This document shows, piece after piece, positions 38,006 through 49,554 of a DNA stretch of 64,000 bases. A program made the position numbers and the translations under genes. The notes under the pieces were generated by a model. The model saw only the letters and a program-made list of their open reading frames with translations. It had not been told where the DNA came from and did no database searches. The number at the start of each line of letters is the position of its first letter. The first letter of the stretch is position 1. Source of the DNA: Vitrella brassicaformis CCMP3155 (lineage: Eukaryota > Protista > Chromerida); NCBI GenBank assembly GCA_001179505.1, contig CDMY01000356.1, positions 406,539 through 470,538 of the forward strand, read 5' to 3'.

Positions 38006-39038
38006 GTGTCTGTGTGGGTAAGTGTATGGGTGGTGGGTGGCTGCACACAGGGCTGCGCTGCTGTCTGTTACATATTCGTTGCTACAAGGGTCAGCCAGAC
38101 CTTTGCTCGGTGAGGGGCAGGCCTGATTGTGTGTGAGTGCGCGTGTGTGTGTATGCGATGCCTTCACGGACAGACAGCCCTCTTTGTGTGGTTTGTTTCT
38201 CGAGAGACATCCACATATTCACTCGCCCATTGTACAGACACGACCGCTGTCACCAAGTCAACTCTACAGGCACTCTCTCATATACCATTCATCCCGCTGC
38301 GTATCTTCCCTCGGCCACCACAAGTCCACTTCACAGACATAACGAGCTTGGACGGACCGGCTGCGCCCGTCCCGGGCTCGTTTAGTCGATGAAGCTGACG
38401 TGTGGACAGCCAAGGGAGAAAAGCGGCAATCGCACCCTGACACACTGTGCGACGATAGCAGGCAGAGAGAAACCTTCTCAAAACCCAACCCACATTCTGC
38501 CGGCCTTCATCGTTATGCGTCCCTTCATGTGCTCGCTGTTGACGAACGCCGGACCACATGGCTTGCATGCGGCGCGCGGCGGACGTCGTCAGAAACCACA
38601 CGAGGGGAGCGTAGGAGCGAAGGACCAGCATCAGACAGCTCGAATCAAGCCAACAACACTGCACTGGCTGCACAAGATGCGCATGTCACTCACATGATTG
38701 GCTCTGCACACAGCACAGACGCTCTGTTCTGTCACCTCACTCACAGACACACACGAAGGAACGCCCACGTGTGCGTCTCTCTCCCAGAGCTCTCTCTCTC
38801 AAGGCAGGCAGGGAGCGAAACCACATCTTAAGAGAGCAAGTCGTTGTAGCAACACACCACCCACCCACCGAGTAGCAAGTCTGTCTACCAATCCTCTCTT
38901 CAATCCATTCATCCATCATTCATGTACCCTCCCTCCCTACACCATACATACACACAGCCATCCCATCTCATCCCAGCAAAAGGGATGTGTGGTGTGTGGT
39001 GTTGTGAAAAATCGACCTGCAAGTTCCCCCCCGCCCAG

Positions 39039-41876
39039 CTACGCCCCCCTCCCTAACCGTGACGCCCGTCCAGCAGCCGCCGATGGCCCACTGCCTCCAC
39101 CTCCGTTGGCCGCCTCACTGCCGTCGTCGTACGGTGAGCGTGGAGGTGGCATGGGTGCACCAGGCCGGACGGGAGGTGGCGTGCCGAGCCAGGGTACGTC
39201 TGGGTGTGTGGGGGGGCCGGTGGCAGGGGGTGGGCGGGAGGGGTAGGGGGAGGGGTAGGGCATGCCCATGTCCTGGTAGAGGCCCTCCCTCTCATGGGGC
39301 ATCGGAACTGCACAAACAGACAGACCAGAGGAAGCAAACAAATGCGCACACTTCCATCCATCCCCGACACAAAGTGTTTGTGGGGCAGCTTACACTTGGA
39401 CTGTGGGTGTCCGGCTAGCGATACGCCCATCCCCGTTGGAGGAGCCGTCAGCTCGGGCTCGTCCCACTGGTCGCCCCCTCCACCCATCCCACCCATGCCG
39501 AGGCCCGCTCCCATGGCCGCCCCGTATCCGCCAGATGGTGGGTGTGCCGCGGCTGCCGCAGCCTCCTCCTGCTCGGCGTAGCTCTCGCTCACGCTCTCCA
39601 TGCCGGGGATGCCTTTGCGGGGTCGACTGAAGGGACAGTGGGATGGATAGATCAATGATTGCAATGGACAGTGGGTGGGAACACACGTTGGAAAAGGTGT
39701 GAGTGTGTGCTTGTCCGTCTGGGGGTGTGTGGGTGGGGGTTTGGCCTCTCACCGTGGCACTCTTCCGACTGATCTGCGGCTTCGCCGGCGGTCGGCACGC
39801 GCGGCTCGGGTGCCCTCCTGATCGCACACACACATCCACACACACATCCACATGTAGGGCTGGCTTCTCAAAAGGGCCATTCATTGTCTGGGTGTTTGTG
39901 TGTCTTACAATGTCTATGATAAGTCGTGTGCTCTCAGACACGAATGCCAAACCGTTGCCAGTCTTGCGACCTGCACCGCAACCACACACCAGCGGAAACA
40001 CTTGTGTTGGATTGTGTTGGGCTGGCGTGCGTCTTGTCACTCACTGACCGAATGGCAGCAGCCAGAAGATGGGATCTGGCCCGACCACATCCAGAAAGTT
40101 GTTCAGACAGCCGCGGTCGTAGCTAGACTGAACACACACATTCAATTGATAGAGGTAGAGAGAGGAGCTCTTCGCTTGCAGAAATGTGTGACCGCGTGTG
40201 CTGTGTTTGGTCGCTTACAGCTCTTCCCCCATAAGCCCCTCGCTTAGTGCTCTTCTCGCAGAACTCAATGGTCGTCATGCCGCGGGACACCAACCTGATG
40301 GATGGATAGATGGCAGACAACACCATGCGTCCATGAGTGGGCGAGGGAAATGATATGAGGAGCGGCGCGGCGCGCACCAGATGTGGAATCCGAAGAATGC
40401 GGTGAGCAGGACGCCCATGAAGGCGGCAAGGGTCTCGCCGAACAGCAGGAAAAACATCTTATGAAACACCGCCTGTGAGTGAGCGCAACAGACACGACAC
40501 ACGCCATGTGATGGATGTGGTCATGGATGGCGTCTGGCGTCTGGCATCCAATCCAATCCAAAAGTGTCTGTCTGTTGTCACAGTAGCTACTGTCACGGAC
40601 CTCCTCGTCAATGACGTATTTCTTGACCGACTCGAACATGGCCCACGAGATGAAGTGGCACGCCAGTGTCGAATACAGCAACAGCAAGAAGAAGTACCTG
40701 GTTGCGACACACAACACCACACACACACACACACCCAGAGCCCACCAGTGTCTCCCCGCGTGCCTCCGACCCGACCACCCCATCCCTCCCTCCCTCTCCC
40801 TGACTGACTGACTGACTGACTTGTGGTTTCCGAATCCGACACAGTTGTAGATCCAGGGGCAGTGGTGGTCCATCTTGAGGACACACGTGCGGCACACTCG
40901 GCAGTGGTGGCACCGGTCGGGCTTGAACTTGCCGCACCACTTGCAGTGACGACGCTCACCGCTCCGCTTCGTCTCCTGAGGCGGAGGTGCGTACAAACAC
41001 ATCACATCAGAAAGAGGGAGAGATTGTGGACGGTTGGCTGGCTGAATTGATGATGGATGTGCTGTTGGTGTTCTCACAGTGGTCTCGAGCGACGCGCCCA
41101 GCTGGTCAGCGTAGCGTGAGTCGGCGGCCGGGTACTGCCACTCCTTATCGTCAGGGATCTTACCTGAAGGAACGAACCAACAAACCGAACGAACACGCAG
41201 ACAGACAGACAGACAGACAGCCAGACAGACACACCCACCCCACCGACCCATGCCATCAGAGGCTCCTCTTCTGTTCGTTCATGAGTGTGTGTATATGTGC
41301 TGCGAGGTGAGCGTAGGGTACCGGGGCTTGAGATGATAGCCCGGGCGTAGCAGATGAACAGGAGGACCGTTAACACGTGGAACACAAACAGCTGGCTTAC
41401 TCCCCTGCGCCAACAGCACAGCACAGCACATGCCACACCCACACCGTAACAGACAGACACACAGCCATGTGCTGTGCTGTGTTGCAATGCATCCTCCCTA
41501 ATCTACCTATTGCTGCGTCCCTCACCCACCTGTAGAAATCGTTATCGTTTCGCTTCCTCGTGTCGAGGTCCAGCTGCAGCAGCGGGACGCAGTGAAGCTG
41601 CAACAAACACAGTTAGAACAGCCAGCCGACAAACAAGACGTCCGCAGAGACGCGTGCATGTAGTGCAGTGCAGCGCATCACGTGCAGTGCACGCCACCAT
41701 ATATCCCCCTCCCCTCCCTTGTCTGCCCCTCCCTCCCCTCGTTGACATACCAGGACAAAGATGGAATAGAGTGTGAGGATGATGAGAAGCACAAAGACAA
41801 CCGGCATCAGCTTGGCTAGCTCCATCTCCCCCCGCCGAGGCCTCGTGCGGCCCTCAGGCACGCCGTACGCCTCCAT
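39039..41876 (-). CDS. DHHC-family protein S-acyltransferase (palmitoyltransferase) with Pro/Gly-rich tail
   Basis: [44 protein letters not shown]|YFFLLLLY; TTIEF motif; four TM segments; [14 protein letters not shown]. Confidence 0.9.
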
Positions 41877-42220
41877 ACCAACACAAACGACACCCCACCG
41901 CCGTGCGGAGGGCCGCAGCTACTCACAAATGTCCAAAGGGCACGATGGCAGCTCGGGGGAGATCCCTCCCTCTCCTTGCGACGCCCTGTGTGTTGAATGC
42001 TGTGCTCCGGGGGCTGTCTTCGGCGTCGAAGTGCCCGCGGAGCCGCTTGAGGGAGAAAAACGCGAATCCCTCTCGCAGCAGCGCTCAGCAATACCGAATG
42101 AGGCTCGACCGCTGACGAGCACTGCACTGTTTCTGTTTGACGTCTTCTCGTCCGCCCTAAGCCAGCCGGCGAGCGAGAAAGAAAAAGGGATAAGAGATCA
42201 CAAGACGAGCGCCCTTGTCA

Positions 42221-44911
42221 GCGCGGCACGCTGCCGATGGATCATACAAGCCATCTCATTCCGCCCCCACTCATGCGAATCCCCGTCGGCCCGTCCCACC
42301 GCCTGTGCGGACCTACCACGGCACTGACCCCTCTTTGGTACCCACACACAACGCCTCGGCCACCCTTCACTACCGAGATGGGCACTACAACGGAAATATC
42401 AATGTCAAGAGTCGGCAGCGGTGCGGTGAAGGCTCATATGCATACGAGATGGGCTACTTCAAGTACACTGGGCAGTGGCGCAACGGCATCAAGGAGGGCA
42501 GAGGCAGACTGGTGGGTATGGAGAGACGGGAAATACCACGATGGTTTGCACTGCACTGCCAGCACGATGAAACTTTAAGGGACCTCCTCCTCCTGTTGTA
42601 GGAGTTTGGTGATGGCGGGTTTTATGAGGGCGAGTTTTCGCAAGGCGAAATCATCGGCCGTGGTGTGCAGCGATGGCCCGACGGCTCCACATACGAGGGA
42701 GACTTTCACATGGGCGAGAGGCATGGCCATGGCACGTGGACACAACCACCAGCAGCAGCGGACTCATCAAGAGAAGCCTCTACTACCTACACCGGCCAAT
42801 GGAAGACAAACAAGTATGGTTGAAGGAACCAATCCACATCCCTCAGGAAGACTCCCCCTCTGTCCGTTCGTCCATGCAGACGTGAAGGATTCGGCGAGCT
42901 GCGGTGGGCTGATGGCGTATACCGAGGACAATTCAAGGCCCATCGATTCGACGGCCTGGGGGCTCTCCACCTTCTCAACAGTGGCCTCCAATTCGCTGCT
43001 GCCTTCTCGCGAGGCGTAAAGAGCGGCCTCGGTGTGTGTGAGCACGTGTCTCACCACTGGAGATACGAAGGCCAGTTTGAGGACGACAGGCAGGGACCGG
43101 TAGGGCTGCTGAGGGACCACAAGACGGGGATCCACTACCTGGGCGTGTGGGATGGGGGAGAGGCTAAAAGGGTGGCGGCTAAGATGCACTTGGAAGGTGA
43201 GAGAGACAAGAGCAAGAGAGAGATGGTTGGGCGATCGGGCGTCTGTCGGTCCTGCGTTTGTGCAGTCCCCAAAGTGGAAGAGCCTGCTGAGCCGCTCGAC
43301 CCAAAGGCGAAGGCCAAGGCCAAGGAAGTGAAGAAGGGGGACAAGGCTGCTGGTAAGCAATGCTCTCTCCGTGAATGCGTCGGTTGCATCAGGACACTGC
43401 ACGAATGCGTGCAGCTGCAGCAAGTGATACGGAGTCCACAGCGATAAGGGAGGAGGGGAGCGAGGGATGGCCAACCCTCACGGTCAAGAGAGGCCAAGCC
43501 ATCCCTGCATGCACCATTCAATTGAGGACACACGAGTGGGCGGCAAGGGAGACAGACAGGAACATACGGACAGAAGGAAAGGCCACAAACACTCCTGTCT
43601 CTCGGCTTGCTGTCGGTGCCTCTAGTGGTGAAGTTGTGAACGAGGAGACGGGCCGCGTCCTGCGCCTGTCCCTCTACCAGCTCACCCCTCCCCCCATTAC
43701 GCCCACACCGCCCGGCCCCCTGGCATCGACCGATCCACCAGCCGCCATCGCTCGGGCCCTCGAAATAGCCGACCAAGATATGCAGCACCAGCCTCATCCA
43801 CTGAAGCTGGTCGGCCACACGGGGGGGCAAGAAGCCAGGCCCGTGCCGCGGCATTTCCCGCTCATGGGCCGGGACAGATATGAAGTCCGCGTCTGTGTTA
43901 GGGCTGGGGAAATCCGAATCGAGCCTGAAAGCAACAGAAAAGAGGACAAGGAGGCCGCCAAGGCAGCAGAAGACATCAAGCCGGAAGGCGCCGCTGCAAC
44001 GGGCGATGGAACACATCAGGCGTCCCAAAATGCCAACACCATCAGGCCGCCGGGCATCGATCGGTCTCCCTCGGCGCCTCTGACTCGACAAAGGGACGAA
44101 GCTCTTGAAAAAGGCAGTGGCAGCTGAAGACCGCCCCGACTTGAATCTGATGGCGCAAGACGAGAAAACCCTCATGGGCACGATCGAAGCCGAACTTGGA
44201 CGCATCGATCGGCTGGTGGGTGTCCTCAACAAGCAACAGGATGAGGAAGCGGCTGCACTGGAGGCACCGTTGGGATCAAAAGAGGAAAAGCATCAGGGAG
44301 GAGAGGAGACAAGCGCCGAAAATGTACCTGAGATGGGCGTAGACGAGAATGTTGAGGATGCTGCCTTTTTAGATGATTTGGCGTTGGTCAAGGCTCTCAA
44401 GACGCCGGCACCGATCTCTCTGACCCTCCCCCCTCATCTGCCGAGCGGCACATACACATTATGCATTGAGGACATGTCTGGCGGCCTCATCTCGAAACTC
44501 CACTCTCTCAACCAACAGCAGCAGCACCAGCAGCAGCACCAGCAGCACCAGCAGCAGCAACCACGGACCGACCACATCTCATCATCACCACGCCCATCTG
44601 TGTCATGCGACAGGCTGCTGACCGACCGGCTGACCCACAAAGACGCAATGAGACAGCAAGCCCCGGCCTCACCCAGCATTGGGGGTGACATCACGGTGAA
44701 GAGAGAGCGGGTGCCCATCCCACCGCCCCCTACGGAAGAGACACTAGTAGACGACAAGCAGAAGGACACAGCCGCGGCTCCTGCTGGAGTGGCTGAGCCT
44801 CCTGGGCCCCAGTATGAGGAGATAGAGAGCCTGACGTGGGCGGAGGGGACATTCCAGTGCTTGAAGCCGCTGAAGGTGACGGTAAAGGTGGTGGAGGCTG
44901 ATGGTGGTTGA
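42221..44911 (+). CDS. MORN-repeat protein with C-terminal K/E- and Q-rich regions; true start not resolved
   Basis: Tandem MORN units: FKYTGQWRNGIKEGRG, FYEGEFSQGEIIGRG, STYEGDFHMGERHGHG, VYRGQFKAHRFDGLG, WRYEGQFEDDRQ. Stop TGA at 44909-44911. Confidence 0.8.
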
Positions 44912-45316
44912 TGCGGTGAGCAGAGAGGTGATCATTGGCCCGTGTGCCTGACTGGTGTCCCTGCCTGCAAATGAAGTGGTTGCTGTTGGTGCGTGGATTT
45001 TCCAGCTTTCATTTGTCTGTTTGCTTGCTTGTTTCCTGAGTCCTTCCTCCCTCGTGTCCACTGCACACACAGTCAGCTGGGATGGACCATTCAATCATTC
45101 TTCAATCTGTTCAATCCGTCTTTGTTCGCATCGATGATTCGATGGGTGCACAAAACGTACATAAATACCTTCACTCACAAACAAGACGGGACCCGAGTGT
45201 CGTGTCAACAGCCACAGATCAACACAGCAGCGTCTCGACTGACCCACATCTCATCGACCTATCCACACCCCCACACATCTACAGGCAGACAGACAGACAG
45301 ACAGCCCGTCCCTCGC

Positions 45317-46518
45317 TCAGCTGCTGCTGTCCAGTTGCAGCTGCTCCTCCTCCTTCCGGTCCATCTTGGCCTCTCGAATGAGCCGCCTCGCATAGGGCGT
45401 GAAGTTCCTGACCAACGAGTCGATGTCGGCGTCCATCCTTGTGCCGATGCCGCCCCACACCAGCCGATCGGGAATGTCCTTCAGATCCTCACCAACCTGC
45501 ACACACACTCACACGCATACATACCCAGAGAGAAGAGAGGCAGATGAGCGAGCGGTCTAGAAGGATGCCGAATGCCTGCCTATTATCTGCCTGCCGGGCT
45601 GTCGTGTGTGCACACCAAACGCTCACCTCCCTGACGACGTGGTAGCCAAGCCGGCCATACAGGCGGACGAGGACGTCGTGCATGTGTGGGTCGTCGTAAA
45701 TGGCCAACAGCTCTGCCTTCTTGATGCCACGCTGATGCGCCTGCAGCACCACATAGCCGCCCAGCAGAAACCCCAGACCATACAGCGAGCCGACGGTCCA
45801 ACGCCCTGACACCAACACACCAGATAGATAAGCACACCCCTCAGCTCAGCTTCGCTCCCCTCCCATGAGTGACGTAAGTGAAATCACCTGCATTTGGCGA
45901 TAGCGTCTGTTGCGCCGGGTGGCGGATCTCCACCTTATCGAGGTGCACCACGTCCAGCAGCACCTTATCGAGGAACCCATCCACATACCCGATAAGGTTT
46001 TCGTCATCCACCAGGCCTCTGGGCGTCCCCCGGACCCGCCGCCGCGCCATCATCGGCGGGGCTTTGAAGCCACCAACAGTCTTCTTGTTACCGCCTGACT
46101 TATCCGGCACCCGCACCTCTACTCGGAAAAAGGGGCCGGTCATTTCCCACTTGAACTGTAGGCCCCACAGCGACGCCAGCTCCTCAAATTCAGAGAGACT
46201 GACCGTTGACGGCTCACGCTGGGGCTCAGACGAAGCCATCCTCAGAAGGGCAGACGGACCTTCTCTCCGTCTAGGTGATGGCGTGTGGTAACGACACCGG
46301 CTGACGGGGTGCGGCTGCCACTGAGCAAACGCCGACAGTCTTGCATCCACCGAATGGAAGAGACTCAACCAGACAGCCACTGCCGTCAAGATGAGAGGGC
46401 TCTTGCAGGTAAGGCGGATGCGAGCCGCACAGCATGAAGTACTCTTCTGTGAGGGGCTGGAAAGAGCAGCGTCTCCACCGCCGCCTGCTGAACAGGGCGG
46501 AGGCTTCAGATGGTCCAT
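45317..46518 (-). CDS. Conserved plant/algal-type protein of unknown function (possible GNAT-like fold), probably plastid-targeted; 3 exons
   Basis: GLGFLLGG...GIKKAELLAIYDDPHMHDVLVRLYGRLGY...DRLVWGGIGTRMDADI resembles an uncharacterised chloroplast/cyanobacterial family, recognised from memory. Hydrophobic stretch PLILTAVAVWLSLFHSVDA followed by LSAF and an R/S-rich transit-like region. Confidence 0.6.
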
Positions 46519-46926
46519 CTCACGAAACAAACCAGCAACTGTCACCGAGGACCTCTCCTGAGCAAGGACACAGAAAAATGTCAGGGCACGCGCTGGTTGC
46601 AGTGCCAACAAGGCTCTCTCAAACCAACCTCACCTGCTCACTCTGTTCGCTTGTATGATGACCTTCTTCTCCGCTCTCTTCCGTAGATCTTAATCTGAGG
46701 CGTCGCTGCCATCCACTGGATGCTGCGCATCTCTCCAAATCCGCGCGGCGGACAGTGGACTTTTGCAAGCTCGCAAAATATTACTGGTCGATCGCTCGGC
46801 CAACCTTCCCCCACTCCCCTATCCTCTTCCCCAGCAGCTGCTCTCTCCTCGCGGCCACTCTCCCTCCGATCTGCATCAGAGATCTGCCTCGACTGACACC
46901 CTCTCTCGTCAACAGCAGCAGGAGCG

Positions 46927-47977
46927 ATGAACGGCGTGAATCTTGCCCCAGCAGGCGCCAGCAGTGCCGGCGAGAGCCACAAGAAGTACCAGGTGGTGTT
47001 TGTGTCGAGTGAGGTGGGCCCGTGGAGCAAGACTGGCGGTCTGGGTGAGGTGCTGGATGGCCTGCCCATCGCCCTGGCAGAGCTGGGCCACCGTGTCATG
47101 ACCATCGCGCCCCGGTACGACCAGTACAAAGACGCCTGGGACACGTCATTCCGACAGGAGGTGGAGTTCGGCGAGACGACCACGACCGTCGGGTACTTCC
47201 ACTGCTACAAGCAGAAGGTCGATCGGGTGTTTGTGGACCACCCCATCTTCCTCGAGCGTGTCTGGGGACTGACGAACCAGAAGTTCTACGGGCCCAAGTG
47301 GGGCGTCGACTGGGACGACAACCAGCTGCGCTTCTCGCTCTTCGCCAAGGCTGTCATCGCTGCCATCAAGGGACTGTCACTCGGCGGATTCCCATACGGT
47401 CGGTGACCGATGGAGAGAGAGGGGATGCATGCGTCAGAGAGGGAGGGAGGGAGGGAGGCAGGGAGGCGGGGGAGACACAGGGTGCAGGTGTGCATGCTTG
47501 CATCGTCGTATCGCCATGTCTCCCTCCCTCCCTTGCATGCATGTGTTGTGTCTGTGCAGGTGAGAATGTGATCATCATTGTCAACGACTGGCACTGCGCC
47601 CTGGTGCCCATCTACCTCGACTACTACAAGAAGCACGACAAGACCGTCGTCTGGACGAACACCAAGGTCAGTCACCACACACACACACACTCTCTCTCCC
47701 ACGCTCATTGTATGCCTCTGTGTATGTATGTGCAACTGTGTGTGTGTGTGTGTGTGTGTGTGTTGGTGGCGTGCGTCCACGCATCAGATCGCGTTGTTGG
47801 AGCACAACATGGTGTACCAGGGTCGGTTCCCGTACCAGCCCAACATCGGCCAGATGCTCAACCTACCCGACAGCTACATCCAGGAGATGAGGGCCTACCA
47901 GCCACTCAAGGTGAGTAAATGACCCTTCCGTGGGGGGATCCACCTACCTCACCACACACACTCACACGAGTCGGCTG

Positions 47978-48009
<32 letters not shown>

Positions 48010-49554
48010 ATCGTGTGGTCAGGTGGGCCGCCAACACCCCCGCCGCGACGTCATCAACTGGCTCATGGGCGGCATCAAATACTGCGACAAGTGAGTGGAG
48101 TTGCCTGCGCGCACACGAGGCACAACCCCCCTCACTGGTTGTGCCCGTGTGGTGTGTGTCGTGTGCAGGTTGCTCACAGTGTCGCCGACTTACGCCAAGG
48201 AGATGATGGAGGGTCCCATCAAGGGCGTGGAGCTCGACCAGCTTGTCAACGCCAAGGGCGGGTACGCTGGCATTTTGAACGGTATCAAGGATGCGGTGTC
48301 GCCGGACTCCGAGACCCTCGTCAAGACGGCCAAACTCCCGGGCACATTCAACGCCGGCACACTCGAGAAGAAGGTACTCACAGCCACAGACGTACATGTG
48401 ACACCACACACCAAGACACAACAAGCATGTGTTGTGTGGTGTCATGTGTGATCAGGCTGAGCACAAAGCCGCCCTGCAGAAGAAGTGCAAGCTGCCCATC
48501 AACCCCGCCGTGCCCCTCTTCATGTTCATCGGACGACTCGACTTCCAGAAGGGGGTATGTCAGTCATGTCCCACACAACTCGCACACGGAGCACACCCCC
48601 ACCCCCACCCGCCCGCCTCCTGACGTGACGTGTATGCGGTTGTGTTGGTGTTGGTGTTGGTGTTGGTGTCTGTGGTCAGGTTGACATCATGTTGGACGCG
48701 TTGGAGGACGTTCTGCCGACGGAGGACTGCCAGGTGCTCGTCGTGGGTCAGGGCCGCGAGGACCTCGTCGAGCAGGTCCTCAAGATGGCCAAGAAGTACC
48801 CAAAGAAATTCGACGCCGAGATGAACTTCAAGGGTATGCATGACGCCCCAGCCACATAGGACGAGAGCAGCTGGCCATCGGTGTTGTGATGTGGTGTGTG
48901 ATGCAGGCACCGACAAGTACCTGGTGTACTCGGGTTCTGACTTCGCGTTGATGCCGTCGCGCTACGAGCCGTGCGGCCTGGTGCAGATGGAAGGCATGCG
49001 GTTCGGCGTGCTGCCCCTCGTCACGCCCACTGGCGGCCTCAAGGACACCGTCGAGGACGCAGTCACAGGTAGGCACCTTACACACACTACACAGACACGG
49101 AGACGGGGAGAGGGAGAGGAGCCGAATGAGCGTGTGATATCTGTGTGTCTGTCTGTTTATGGTGGTGTGTGTGGTGTTGTGCAGGTTTTGTGATGGAGGA
49201 CGAGGTCGAGCAGGAGACGGTGGTGACTCCCGAGTCGTGCAAGATCGTGGCCGACAGCATCCGCCGGGCCATCCAGAGCTACAAGAACACCTCCCAGATC
49301 GACTCGATGAGGAAGAACGCCATGGCCCTCGCAAAGAAATTCTCGTGGAAGCGGGCAGCGAAGGAGTACATCTCGGTGAGTCAGTCAGTCAGCACATATA
49401 CCCGCACACTGCATGCAACCAAGCAAGCACACGACTGACTGTGTTGTGCGTGTGTGTGCTGTGTCTGCAGACTTTTGAGAGCATGGGAGTGGTCGACGTC
49501 ATGTCGACGACGGGCAAGGGCGACGGCTCGGTGGGACCTGACCTCATCAACTAG
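46927..49554 (+). CDS. GBSS: Granule-bound starch synthase-like GT5 glucan synthase with no targeting peptide (cytosolic)
   Basis: [100 protein letters not shown]. The [19 protein letters not shown] blocks are GBSS-type. Confidence 0.9.
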
